A DNA stretch of 60,114 bases, filler included, from Squatina squatina (Eukaryota), in the NCBI GenBank assembly GCA_031763465.1. It is 3 parts of 3 records of this genome, joined end to end, with 100 filler letters (N's around TTAATTAATTAA, not from the genome) between each part and the next. Parts side by side here need not be neighbours in the genome. Positions count along the whole stretch, not along the records: positions 45,942 to 60,114 come from JARFOE010000120.1; 2 more parts are not named here. One strand, given 5' to 3'. Each line of letters begins with the position of its first letter. Positions within the stretch are counted from its first letter, which is position 1. Below, in pieces: positions 46,433-59,185 of the stretch. The position numbers were made by a program, and so were the translations under genes. The notes beneath the pieces are model-generated. The model made no database searches. It saw nothing but the letters and a program-made list of their open reading frames with translations, and had not been told where the DNA came from.

Positions 46433-47351
46433 CTGAAACAAACATTGAACGTCTGTAGAAATCAGTAAATAAAACATTGGGTAATGTCAGCTCCAGAAAC
46501 CATTATTGTTTGCTGAAAATTATACCTTCGTGTTTCAGTGAGCTTTAATTTACAAGTAATTTAAATATGATGGCCAGCACCCTTCACACAAAAATGACAA
46601 GTCAATTCAACTAGAAACAAGAAAGCTGAGCAATGCTCACAAAAATGTCCTGCCAAAAAGAGCTCATCTAGAAAATCTTTCATATGTTACTCCAAGTTAG
46701 GCAAGAATAGAATGCATATCCACACAGCAGCCAATATTGAAGGAAATCGTTACTACAGGACACCAGCTTTATTCAGAGCTGTTTTTATGCAACGATGATC
46801 CTGGGCAGTCAAGTTGTCAAATCACCCAAGTTGTAAATACTTTCAGGACATTCGTGGTCTGCTATGTTGAAAATTCGTTGGTTACTGTCAATTGCTGCCA
46901 GGTCAAAGAAGTTTTAAAAATTTAAAAAAAAAACTTTGGTGACACACATAACACTTCATTTTCAGGAAATTCTGAAAAACATGGTTAAAATTTTTTTTAA
47001 AAATGCAAGAAAGNNNNNNNNNNTCACACATGCAAACCTTCCAACTGGGTTCACTGGATAATGAACAGGAACAGGTGCCGAGCTGATTTTACCCTCCCTA
47101 ATGAAGGGATACTCAGGGCAATTACAGCACCCTCACAACCACACCAGTTTAGATCAGCTTGTACAGACCGAGTCTGGAATCTTTATGTGTCTTTGTTACC
47201 CATTCACTGACCACGTGCACACCCATGCAGTTTTAAATGCCAAGTTTAGGTAATACCAAAATAAAAACACAATTAAATCCATCCTCCATGAATATAAGCC
47301 TCAAACAAGTTTTCTGCATTCATTAAGTTTAAAGGGATCAGTATCCTGCCT

Positions 47352-47475
47352 TAAACATATGTCGCTGTTCCTTCATTGTTGCTGGGTCAGAATCCTGGAA
47401 TTTCCTATTTAACACCATTGTGGGAGCACCATCCCCACAAGGACAGTTCAAGGAGAAGGCCCAACCACCACCAAT
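47352..47475 (+). mobile_element. Non-LTR retrotransposon 3' fragment (CR1/L2 group)
   Basis: gggtcagaatcctggaatttccta...ttcaaggagaaggcccaaccaccacc (WNxLP...FKxxAxHH-like). A related antisense tail lies at about 12378-12445. Confidence 0.55.
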
Positions 47476-48079
47476 GGGCGGGTTTGGCTAAAATGATCTC
47501 CTGGAAGTCTTCTAAATGAAAAAAAAATGTTTAGAAGGGGGAACGGTTTTTCAGCAGAGTGTGGCGCTGCTCCCGACTCCCGTGAAATTCCACGTGAGTT
47601 TGGTAACCAGCAGTGTCCCAGGCTGCTGTGCCGGCAATCACCATGCGCATCGACCCGTTTTCGTCCCAGAGTGAAAATTCGGTAGCACCCCGTGAAGCTG
47701 CCGTTCACTGGGCAAAAATTAAAGGGGAGACACGGCAGTTAAAAAAAAAGACAGGGCCGACTTACCGCTCGCGGCCTTCCTGACAGCAGATCACGGGGTC
47801 CGTGCNNNNNNNNNNNNNNNNNNNNNNNNNNNNNNNNNNNNNNNNNNNNNNNNNNNNNNNNNNNNNNNNNNNNNNNNNNNNNNNNNNNNNNNNNNNNNNN
47901 NNNNNACTGGTTACAATAGTGCATAGAAGTTAATGGTGTGTTAAAATATCATTAACAGGAATGTGTTATTTATAGCCCATAAAAGAAGTTATTCCTTCAG
48001 TAGAACAAATGAGGCCATTAGAAATATCAAACATTGACCTGCAGCCTGGCTCAGTTACTTATGAATATAACTTTCTTAC

Positions 48080-48258
48080 CACATTGGGCCGTTTGACCAG
48101 GTTCTCAAGTTTCGTGTGACTGAATTCCAGGCTTATGACATTGTAGAGCTTCTCTCTTTCAACCTCTGGTGTTTCATAGTATTTCACCCATTGTGACATA
48201 CTCATCTCAATCCCCTTCTGTGTATTCACATCCATGACATCCACAATACGACGACTCC
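48080..48258 (-). CDS. KDM2B: KDM2B exon
   Basis: ttcag| acceptor and GTG|gtaag donor, 179 nt. (G)[59 protein letters not shown]. Confidence 0.93.
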
Positions 48259-51137
48259 CTGAATCATACACAAACAAAACAATTCCATTAACTTCAATTT
48301 ACAGTTTCAGCTCTTTGTACATCCTCATATGTTTATTATTGTCCTCATGAAACTATAAATTCAATCACTATTCAGTAACACAAACAGTAGAGAATGCTAT
48401 TTTTAAAAAGGAGCTAGATCACCTTGGAAGTGGAGAGTACCACAAGGCTAGATTGCGTTAACAGTGTCAGCTAGGGTAAATGCACCACTGGTCTCTACAT
48501 TCCAGAAAGGTCTCGGTCTCTATCTCTAGTCTGTGCCGAGTTAGCTCATCTCCACCTGGTTGGCAGCACAATCATCAAATTGTCCTTGGGGGACAGAGAG
48601 AGAAAACAACAACAAGAGCCCAACTTCCCATTCTCAACTGCTATCAAATGATCCACAAGAACATCAATTGAGACCCGGGCCATGCTCAATGGTGATAACA
48701 GTTCTCAAACAGCCATTCTCGCTGATTAACCCATAAAGAATGGCCACTGCGGCAAGCTGCTAAGATGTCACTATAGGCCCATGTGGAGCCACCCGACACC
48801 ACCTTGAAAAGTGGCAAACAAATTTGAAAGGTTATACACAATTTAATGCTCTATTTACTTTTCTTCTATGCAATCAATTGTGGTTCCAGCAGAAAAGTAG
48901 CAAACAAGGCCATGCGCATCAAAAATGTTGGTGTACCACCGATGGCGGTATTAACAGTTGGCAGGGGGGACAGCNNNNNNNNNNNNNNNNNNNNNNNNNN
49001 NNNNNNNNNNNNNNNNNNNNNNNNNNNNNNNNNNNNNNNNNNNNNNNNNNNNNNNNNNNNNNNNNNNNNNNNNNTCATGGCCATTTATTCACTTCCATCA
49101 CACGGATCTATTTTTAACCAGGCACAATAAACTGAGGTAAAACACAATATTGGTTTGTATAAGGGAGGAAATTACGTATTTCAATGCTTCAGAACAGAAT
49201 TATTTTGTCGTCGCCCCTTACTATCTTACTCTCCTCTTCAGATGTTGTTGACCCTACTGGTCTGCGATTCAAAAGCATCAGTCACCTTCAGGTACCTTGC
49301 CCAAGTGGCCATTTACACTATTCAACCAAGGTGGGAGCATCAGAGCCAAACCCAATCTTGTCTTCACCCAATATCCACACAGAGACTACTGGACAGCAAT
49401 CAGAGGCAGGAACCCTGGCTGATTTCCCCCTCCCTAATACCTACCACTACCCTGGTTGAAATCAGCACAGCAGGAGATCAAACCTGGGACATTCCTACAC
49501 GGTGCAGCTGCTCAATGAGCCATCAAGCAAATTAACTGTTGAATCAATGCCAAGAAAACAGAGTCTGGCCTTCCTTCCAAACTCATGCAAATTGTTAGAC
49601 ATTTCCTATAAACTGAGTTAAAACACTGCAGAAAGAGCAATGTGCCTTTGGGTATCTGACACCTTCAGTTGGCACCATTACACCTTTCTGTGAACTGTAA
49701 ATGAAAGGAGAGGGTATCTTACAACATGCACAGAACAGATTTTTAAAAATAAGACGGCAACACAAAACACTTGTATAAAATAGTGAACATTTGCACCAAT
49801 GTAATGATTTGTTTTTCCTTTGCACTTAATGAGCACAGCAGTACATTTTTTTTATTGGTTTATGGATCAGTGATCTAAGTATCTTCACCCATTTACTACA
49901 TTAAATGTGCATACATATCAGTAAATAGGTAAGTTAATGATCCATGCAGTTATTTGCTGATCTAAACAATGTCTTTTCTCTAATTAGGTACAATTTCACC
50001 TTTTATGACATTTAGTGTCTGACAATTTCATTTCTGAGGATGCAATGATAGCAACATTGAGTACCTTTTAGTGAGATCTGAAATGACTTGCCATTAAGTC
50101 ACATTTTTTGTGTTGCTATTTGTAATAATGATCAATACAGCAATAACACGGGATGGAATGAAATGGAAAAAAAAAGCCAATTTCTGAGAATGTTGAACAT
50201 TAGTCATCTGGAGTCACCAGTAAGGAAATCAGTTAGTTTGAAAATGCCAAATCTTAGCAAAAGCTGATAGCCGTAGGGAGGCAGAATGGAGATANNNNNN
50301 NNNNNNNNNNNNNNNNNNNNNNNNNNNNNNNNNNNNNNNNNNNNNNNNNNNNNNNNNNNNNNNNNNNNNNNNNNNNNNNNNNNNNNNNNNNNNNAAGAGG
50401 GCCTCTTGTTGACCACACAGCAATTTTGGAAAGCTTGGAGCAGCTTGTTTAGCTATCTGAATGCAGACAAGTTGAGAAGGAGGAGTGGAATTAATCACTT
50501 GCAGGCAACCTATATAGTACAACATCAAAAATAACATCACACTCATTGATCCGTCTGCTGAACTTTAAAAAAAACCACTGAAGTGTGAAGATTTATGCAT
50601 TTATATCCTCGTATGACAGAACCCACACACTATGCTTATCATCATTTAGAGAAAAATGACAAATTAACTCCAAAGACACAGGTCACAATTTACAGTTAAC
50701 GGAAAACAAAACTCTCAAACATAATTTTTCAAATGACACAAGGTCATTTTGCTCCAACATTTCTGCACTGGGGTGATACATGAGCACACTGGCAGCCTTG
50801 ACATTTATAGCAGCTGGTCAGTCACAAAATTACAACAGTACCATGTTAATGCTTTCAAGCAGGGAGACTGCAACAAGTAACACTATGCAAGATTAAGAGT
50901 TCCATTTGAAGTCCTATGAGCTTAACTAACGTGCAGTTGTTCTGCTGGTATATCATACCACAACTGCCTTTCCCTGCCAACTCCGCCAAAAATATAAAAT
51001 TTGCGATACATTATATCTATTTCTTCCACTAAATCCAATCTTTAACACAATAGTCAATCAGAATGGCTGGGCGGCAGTGGTCTGTTCTTTACTGTTTAAC
51101 CAAAGCCTGCAAATCATGCTACATTCCATTTAGTGGG

Positions 51138-51216
51138 TCGAGTGCTCTTGCAGAGAGCCGGCGCAGGCTCGATGGGCTGAATGGCCGCCTTCCATTCCAT
51201 GATTCTATGATCTATA
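51138..51216 (+). mobile_element. CR1-type 3' tail (LINE or partner SINE)
   Basis: agagagccggcgcaggctcgatgggctgaatggcc...atgattctatgatctat. Confidence 0.7.
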
Positions 51217-51789
51217 ACAGTCAGCCATGGTTCTATTAAAAAACAAAAGTAATTTCCACTTCAATTTTAGTTTGATAACTTTGTACTCCAGTCTTTTAGA
51301 GGGCCACACTATTTGGCAGGTGTACTAAAGCCTTAATTTGAACCGAACTCATCCCTAAAACAAAACTGCTTCCTTCCATTCTTATCCTTCATTATTGGAT
51401 CACAGTACATGATACCAGCCCTCGGCTTCCTGCTGCCCATTTTGCCACCTAAGCATCACGAGCTAGGAATGATACATCCTCTGCAAAGGGTGCAATCTTA
51501 CAGTGGAGTTCAGAGAGAGATCTACAGCGAATAAAACTGCTATTTCCTCATTATTTTCTTTAACTTGCTAACATGTGGTTAACATTTTCTTAGCCTATTT
51601 GTTGTTTGCATTTTATTAAAGTGCACTTATCTCAGAATTGTCAACATTAATCTAGGTTCCTTCCGTGCCTTATAAATTCTGTTGCTGAGCAATCAGTGAA
51701 TCTATGCCAAATTTAAATGCAATTTAAAAAAAAACCCTACCCACACAACATGTTAATATTCATTTTGAGATCTACTGACATCAACCTTT

Positions 51790-52134
51790 CCATTCTGCAG
51801 CGGAAAAAAGTCTCTATATTTGTGCATATCTAAGATTGAGAACATCCATGCAGCCACCTCTGCAACAACCATCTGCTCCTCCTCCACTTCCATCCCTCTC
51901 GCATTTCCCATTCGTCCTGCCTCTGATCTCGTCATTCTGAATTTTATCTCCTATCTCCTCCCCCCTCCACTAGACTCATCTCTTCCATGAGACCCACCTG
52001 TTTCCTGGATCCCTACCCCATTCAACTTCTTTGCTCACCAGCATTGTAAGTGGCTTCCTGTGCTGAGGCAGCACCTGTCCCATTTCAAAACCACTGCCAT
52101 CAACCCCTCCTCATAGCCCGCCCCTAACCCATCT
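51790..52134 (+). mobile_element. Degenerate L2-like LINE internal fragment
   Basis: Pyrimidine-rich, with ccatgagacccacc...ctggatccctacccc...tttcaaaaccactgccatca.cccctcctc (LDPxP...FKxAxIxPLL-like pre-RT region). Confidence 0.5.
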
Positions 52135-52831
52135 NNNNNNNNNNNNNNNNNNNNNNNNNNNNNNNNNNNNNNNNNNNNNNNNNNNNNNNNNNNNNNNNNN
52201 NNNNNNNNNNNNNNNNNNNNNNNNNNNNNNNNNNGAGAAGTTCCCGTATTTAAATCTCCTTTGGCATTCTTCCGTGTGCCTGGTCGGGCAAAGGGTTAAT
52301 GAGTTTCTGCAGTGTGTGTGTACTGGACGAGAGTTTATAACTTGGTTGGGTACGCAACTGGAGATTCAAATTGCCTGTCTTCAGACTCCCGGTGGCATCA
52401 TGGTTCGTTTATTGGTTTAGTGCGGCGTACTTGCTGACAGAAGTGTGGCGTAATCTGGAGTCCCATCAAATTATTTAAACTGGAATGTGGATGATGAAAA
52501 CCGAATCTTGTTCTAGATGGGGCCTGTATTAATATCTTTGCTGTGATAAGATATTCAACGGCCCTTCGTCATAATTCTCATCATAAAGAAGGGAGAATTT
52601 CATATGATGGGGGGGGGGGGGAATTACCCAAGGCTCCGATTCTGTTAACGTCTCACAAATCCACAAAGGAGCTTTGTATTAGGTCCGTTTTAGTCCCATT
52701 TCTGCTCACGAATATATGGCAAATTAAGTCAAGGGAGATGTGTGCGTATCACAGACATATCGATGGCATTTGCTGAAAATGTTAAGAAACAGCACTGAAT
52801 AAACGTAATCTAAACGTATTAGAAAACTTAC

Positions 52832-52910
52832 TTGATTCCTAGACCATCTTTGTCCCTGAAGATAATGGGGACCTTGATAGTCTCTCTCTGCACATATTCA
52901 AGGGTAAAAT
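52832..52910 (-). CDS. KDM2B: KDM2B exon
   Basis: caacag| acceptor and AA|gtaagt donor, 79 nt. (D)[25 protein letters not shown](K). Confidence 0.92.
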
Positions 52911-53724
52911 CTGTTGCAACATACAGTAAAACTTAACTTTAGGAGAGAAGTGAGAAAAGTCATCCCAACAATATATAAAGTTTACCAAAAAAAATGCAAT
53001 CGCTGCGTATAGGCAACCGTGTTAGATTGAACAGGGATTTGCCCAGGACTCGTATTTTACGCCTGCATATATTAAACCGAGTTATTAAGATCAATGTAGC
53101 GCTTCATACGAATCCGCAGAATCAAAAATGCACCGCTGTTTAACAATGTCTCTCCATTGAGCCTCTGTTGACTGCCATTTGTTTAAAAAATTTGGCAGGC
53201 GCTGTGATTCGTTCTCCCGCCACCCACCCCATGTAACGCTGGCCAAATCCCTGTTGGACAAAATTGCTGCAAACACAGACGGTTCAGATAATAGCACCAT
53301 GCAAATTATAAAAGAAAATAAACGATATCAGCAGGTCTACGTATAGTTATTTTATTTTGTGGATAGGTTAAGGGTATTTACAATCCACACAGCTACATAC
53401 ATAACATTACGGTTCTCAACTCTCACATACAGCCGTATTTATTTTTTTTTAAGTCTCAATGCTTTTCCTGTTTCAGATGACAATTCATTTTGAAATTGAT
53501 TACATAGCGAAAATATTTTATTCACACAGGGAAAAAAAGATTTGGATTGCGAGATAATGACGATACTCGTCAAACTCTGAAGTCATAGTCTGCCTTCACG
53601 GCGGGAAATTCGAGACTGAGGCAGAGTCCACTGACCAGGCAAGCTGCAGTACTGCTGCTACAGTCGCAAGCTAGACGAGGTACACTGTACATTTTAAAAA
53701 AAACACCTCTCTCCCAATTCTTAC

Positions 53725-53863
53725 CTTTTCCTTTCATAAAGTGCACGTAACTTGAACTGTATGAGTCACTACTAAGCTTTTCCTCCACATCAAAAGTCCT
53801 CATGCTGGCTATGTCATCGTCTGAGAGGTCCTCATTGTCATACCGCCTTCTACAAAATGTGCG
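53725..53863 (-). CDS. KDM2B: KDM2B early coding exon (N-terminal region)
   Basis: ttatag| acceptor and G|gtaag donor, 139 nt, phase matching the next exon. RTFCRRRYDNEDLSDDDIASMRTFDVEEKLSSDSYSSSYVHFMKGK. Confidence 0.9.
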
Positions 53864-54449
53864 CTATAAACAGAACAGAACCAGACCTAGATGTAACGCT
53901 ACACCAGTGTTGAACCTACAACCATTTCAAATATTAGATTTTATAATGAAACACTGTATTTGTGTATTGGCTATGTATTAAATTTAACCTTATGTGCACA
54001 TTTTTCCGAAAACAGGATCAGCTTAAACAACACGACTAAAGTTTACATTTGTATATGGGGCGGACGCACTGAATGGAGGAACGGGACGTACTTCATATGC
54101 AAACATCATAACATGATTAGTACTAGCTGTCCTTTAAGGATGAATTAGAAGTACCTTTAACATCATAATAGACTTACAAACATTCATTTATCAATTTAAA
54201 GACATTTACGACTCTTATGCAATAATGCATTTTAATGAAGCCGTCCCATCGCGGTCCTTTCTTCGTACATTTGCATTTTAATCGTGTTTATGTGTATTTT
54301 TTTCGTCTTTTTAAGATTACAAAAATTGCAATTGTTGGAATAAGTTCACAACTCGTGGTGCAGTTTTTTTTAAAAAAGCAGCGTGGTTTTGTATACACTT
54401 TGTATTAGGCTCATGCTGAAGCACCTTTCAGACCTGCTGTGTTATATTA

Positions 54450-56120
54450 CTCGACATTTGCTCAAGTCCGAGAAGTGATCAGATATAAAAGTGAAATCAC
54501 GGTGCAAACGGTGCTGGAATTCAATTTGCTGCAAATACTTTTGCAAACACTAACGGTCTAATCTTAGTTCAAGTGGGCGCCCGGTCCAAGCAAATTCGAG
54601 GCGAGGTTTGCACAGCAAGATTTGAATTATTTAAATGCAATTGCATATAAATTAGGGCGGGGTAAGCTTGCATGCAAAACAAAAATAAAACGGAAAAGTG
54701 AAGTTTCGGTGTCCTCATTTTAAACTTTTTTTTTAAGGCGGCAGGGTTTTGCCAACACGGATAAAAATTTTTTTGCTAGCTCTCTGGTCGCTAGGCGTCT
54801 GATTCGAGCGAATACGAGACGAGTTTGAAAAAGCACAAATCCAGTCCTTCGGTATTCGGCTTTTCCGCACGTCTCTCGGGTGTTTCCCCCTCCCANNNNN
54901 NNNNNNNNNNNNNNNNNNNNNNNNNNNNNNNNNNNNNNNNNNNNNNNNNNNNNNNNNNNNNNNNNNNNNNNNNNNNNNNNNNNNNNNNNNNNNNNNNNNN
55001 NNNNNNNNNNNNNNNNNNNNNNNNNNNNNNNNNNNNNNNNNNNNNNNNNNNNNNNNNNNNNNNNNNNNNNNNNNNNNNNNNNNNNNNNNNNNNNNNNNNN
55101 NNNNNNNNNNNNNNNNNNNNNNNNNNNNNNNNNNNNNNNNNNNNNNNNNNNNNNNNNNNNNNNNNNNNNNNNNNNNNNNNNNNNNNNNNNNNNNNNNNNN
55201 NNNNNNNNNNNNNNNNNNNNNNNNNNNNNNNNNNNNNNNNNNNNNNNNNNNNNNNNNNNNNNNNNNNNNNNNNNNNNNNNNNNNNNNNNNNNNNNNNNNN
55301 NNNNNNNNNNNNNNNNNNNNNNNNNNNNNNNNNNNNNNNNNNNNNNNNNNNNNNNNNNNNNNNNNNNNNNNNNNNNNNNNNNNNNNNNNNNNNNNNNNNN
55401 NNNNNNNNNNNNNNNNNNNNNNNNNNNNNNNNNNNNNNNNNNNNNNNNNNNNNNNNNNNNNNNNNNNNNNNNNNNNNNNNNNNNNNNNNNNNNNNNNNNN
55501 NNNNNNNNNNNNNNNNNNNNNNNNNNNNNNNNNNNNNNNNNNNNNNNNNNNNNNNNNNNNNNNNNNNNNNNNNNNNNNNNNNNNNNNNNNNNNNNNNNNN
55601 NNNNNNNNNNNNNNNNNNNNNNNNNNNNNNNNNNNNNNNNNNNNNNNNNNNNNNNNNNNNNNNNNNNNNTCCACGCTCAACGTGCAAAAAAAAAAAAATT
55701 TTTAAATCCTCTCCGTTTTGCAGATGATTACAATAAAGCTGATTTTCTCCTCCTCCTCCTGTTTAAATTTGCATTAGGGGGGTTTGCGTGTCCCCGCAGT
55801 TTGAGCACGAATTGTGCGAGAGAGAGAGAGAGAGAGAGAAGCACGCACGTACAGCGCCGCTTGCACCACTTCCCTGTGATCGCAATGATCCAAGCGAAAG
55901 ATGATCCCCGATCATGTTAGCCTGCGCTTGCATACCGTGCCCAAAGAAATGCAGCACCACAGCCCCGCCAGGCTTAACTGGCTAGCCGGCACCCTTTCGA
56001 TTTCAAGTTCAAGCAGTAGAAATCAACCAGATGACCCGCTGGAAATAAATTATATGTTGCACGTTCTTCAGTAAATGCAGACCCGTGTGTGTATGTGGGG
56101 AGGTGGCGGAAAAAAAGTAC
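54450..56120. promoter_or_regulatory. CpG-rich region flanking a large gap, probable KDM2B promoter/first exon (exon presumably in gap 54896-55669)
   Basis: CpG density is visibly higher on both sides of the gap, with a GC box (gggcgggg near 54655), immediately 5' of the KDM2B exon at 53863. Confidence 0.5.
55817..55839. repeat. (GA)n microsatellite
   Basis: Seen directly in the sequence. Confidence 0.9.
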
Positions 56121-56354
56121 CGGAGACTGTCAATTTCTAATACCTGGTTAAAGGTCAATGGTAAATCTTAGTATTAAATTTACCTATTCGCCCTACATTG
56201 ACTTGTTAAAATTCAGTCCGCAACTTTTGATTTTTTAAACAACGAAACACAGATNNNNNNNNNNNNNNNNNNNNNNNNNNNNNNNNNNNNNNNNNNNNNN
56301 NNNNNNNNNNNNNNNNNNNNNNNNNNNNNNNNNNNNNNNNNNNNNNNNNNNNNN

Positions 56355-57115
56355 CCTGAACTTGCAGACAGAACCAAGTATAGTACCCTTGATTTTGTAC
56401 TCAGAGTAACATAACTTAAAACCCTATTTGTTTTCCCTGTAACTAACTCACACTGCTTGTGCACCTTTAATGAGTGATCAATCATTACCCTCAGGTCTCT
56501 TTTAATTAGTTACCTTTAATGTCTATTCCTGCATAGTGTAAACAAGCTGGAAGTTTTCTAACCCCAAGTTCATGTCACTGCACTTGTCCACGTTAAGTGA
56601 CATTGCCACGCATAAGACTATTCACCTAAACTCATCCTGCAATCTACTGGTTTGGTCTGATTTACTAACCTCCATGCACATTTTCATGTTTTCAGGAAAT
56701 CTTTTATTTACGTCCATCTTTAAATCAATAATTAAAAAAAAGCAATTATTACAATACATAGTCTGTGGAACTCCACTCACGGCCAGGTCCCAGTGAGATC
56801 CATCCACTCTCATTAATAACAACAAATGTAGTTTCAGTCTAAAATACTCCATTAATCAAACCAAACATGAAAGAGAAAATATGTATTTTCATTGAGGTAT
56901 TTTCTCATACATGTGTCATTCTCTCTCATATTATGAATCAAGAGGACAGACAGCTATATGACCTGATCCCAGGTCTATGCCAAACACCTCTGAGTTTTGT
57001 CATCTAACAAGAGGTATAGAGAACAACATCCTTCAGGGTTTCCATCCTCCAGGGAAAAGCCTCATCAGCACAACTCAAAATCAGAAACACAACCCTCGTA
57101 CAGCACAGTCATCTA
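56355..57115 (-). mobile_element. Degenerate CR1 reverse-transcriptase region
   Basis: Minus-strand remnants AVSGVPQ...FLIIDL...(ADD lost)...LQD and IDHSLKVHKQC...KTNRVL. Confidence 0.65.
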
Positions 57116-58199
57116 CACAATTGTCACCTTTTTACCAAATACAAAACATCACTTGGCGGAATCTCTGGCTTCAAACTTCAACATAGCCACCAAGGATGAC
57201 AAATTATGACAAAACCTGCAAATTTCCAAGCTATATCACATTTGGAACAGCAATATTGTCTCCCAAACAGAACACAAACAGTTCAAGAGGGCAACACAGA
57301 AAAAAAATGACTTCTCAATTTACATGTTTGAAACTTTCTCGGGAGCCCCTGGAAAATTAGTCTGGCCAGTCCAAAGCCAAACTCTATTATCAATTCAGAT
57401 TTTCTGCTGTTATGTGCCCCAATACTTCCACTAACTACCACTTTCTCCTGCAGCAAAGCAAGTGAGGCAGTGTGGATTCCAGGCTTCCTTGTAGTTGCCA
57501 TCTTGTGTTGGGCACTAGGAGACACACATCTGATTGTAGGCAATGTTTACCCTTTGTACTGCATTCAATAATTGGCAAAATACGCTTAAAAAGAGTTGGG
57601 GGCGGGGAGTCGAATTGAATTGGGTAACATTGTGTTCTGAAACCTGGAAGTTATCACTGGGCAGCAAAATATTACAGCCAATCATTGACGGTTGTGAATG
57701 TTATGCCTTAAAAGAACTNNNNNNNNNNNNNNNNNNGTTATGCCTTAAAAGAACTGCTCAAATGTCACAGTCACAAAAGGCCAACAGATTGAAGTTCTAA
57801 GAATACCAGAATATGGATTCGCAACACCGATCATAAAAGTGAATTATTGTGCCTACTAAATGAAAAGCAAAAAATTAACTTACGCGAAAAACGTTAAGAG
57901 CCTCTCCCCCCATGATTTCCTTGAGGGCCTCGCAATTCCTAAAACCAGTGCTGCCATGCTCTCCCACTCAGTCACGATTTAGTGTTTTATATATATATTA
58001 AAAAATTCAAACTTACAACTTTTTTTGTACAGCTCTAAATCGTTACCATACAGCTTTAATGCAAAAATATCAAACAGGAATATGCTTTAAAATAAACTTG
58101 ATCTTTCATTTTTTTTTAATTTAACCCTTCGTAACGTGTATTTTTAAAGTGACACTGAGTAAAGGCCTGTTTATAAGCCACACTGTAGCACATTAATCG

Positions 58200-59071
58200 G
58201 ACTAACTTACTTCGGTATCGGGCCGATTTCCTTCTGATATGAGAACTGCAATGGGAGGTTTATGTGTTGGGTGTTGGATGGGGGGTGGCGAAAATGGGAG
58301 AGAGAAAAAAAATAAAGAGCCGGAGTCCGCCCCGCTCACTATCAGGTTCTTTCTAAAGCCGGTTATATGTAAAACACTTTCAAGTCCTTCCTACCATCAG
58401 CTCTGCCTTGCTCAGCGCAAATTGGCAGAGGCGGCAATACTGAGAGCCAATGGCTCTGGATTGGAAGTGGAGGAGGGGTGGGGAGGTGGCGAAGGACTGG
58501 CTGATGGCTTGTGTGCTGCGAGCGAACCAGCTGCGGTGCGGGTCAGAGTTTGAATCGATGGCTGGCTGGCTGACACAGGGCGGGCGCTGGGCCTCGCCCC
58601 GCCCCTCCACCCGCGCGTCAGCCGGAGCCCAGATAGGGTGATTGACAGGCGCCGCCAGGGCTCGGCTCGGCTCGCTCACAATCGCCACAGTGAGCGCAGC
58701 GCCCGNNNNNNNNNNNNNNNNNNNNNNNNNNNNNNNNNNNNNNNNNNNNNNNNNNNNNNNNNNNNNNNNNNNNNNNNNNNNNNNNNNNNNNNNNNNNNNN
58801 NNNNNNNNNNNNNNNNNNNNNNNNNNNNNNNNNNNNNNNNNNNNNNNNNNNNNNNNNNNNNNNNNNNNNNNNNNNNNNNNNNNNNNNNNNNNNNCAGGAG
58901 AAGGAGGAAAAACACACAAACAAGCAAAAAAAAAACCCGCACATCTCTCCTCACCTGCGAGACTTGCTGCTGCTCGAAGCTGGGACTTTTTAAAAAAAAA
59001 TCATTTGCTTTCAAGCCAAGGGGGGAAATAACCGAGCTGAATTGGGGGGTGGGTGGGGAGGGTTTTATTAA
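58200..59071. promoter_or_regulatory. CpG-island promoter/5' UTR of ORAI1, possibly bidirectional
   Basis: High CpG content, GC boxes (ccgccccg near 58327, gccccgcccc near 58596) and opposed CCAAT boxes (ccaat near 58447, attgg near 58460), directly upstream of the ORAI1 ATG. Confidence 0.7.
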
Positions 59072-59185
59072 ATGAGTTTGAACGAGCACTCGATGCAGGC
59101 TCTGTCCTGGAGGAAGCTCTATCTGAGCAGAGCCAAACTCAAAGCCTCCAGCAGGACGTCAGCTTTACTGTCGGGTTTCGCCATG
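59072..59185 (+). CDS. ORAI1: ORAI1 first coding exon (CRAC channel pore subunit, start of TM1), not in ORF track
   Basis: [38 protein letters not shown] followed by a |gtaag donor. MSLNEHSMQ is ORAI1-specific, and the gene is head-to-head with KDM2B as in other vertebrates. Confidence 0.96.

Noticed and set aside
46224-46445. 73-aa [15 protein letters not shown]...
   Set aside because: It is an alternative frame of a KDM2B exon.
54733-55920. Long ORFs of about 300 aa (also 4299-4703 and 24104-24961)
   Set aside because: They consist almost entirely of N-derived X residues.
57700-57755. 19-bp direct repeat gttatgccttaaaagaact flanking an 18-N gap
   Set aside because: It is an unmerged contig overlap, not a TSD or CRISPR repeat.
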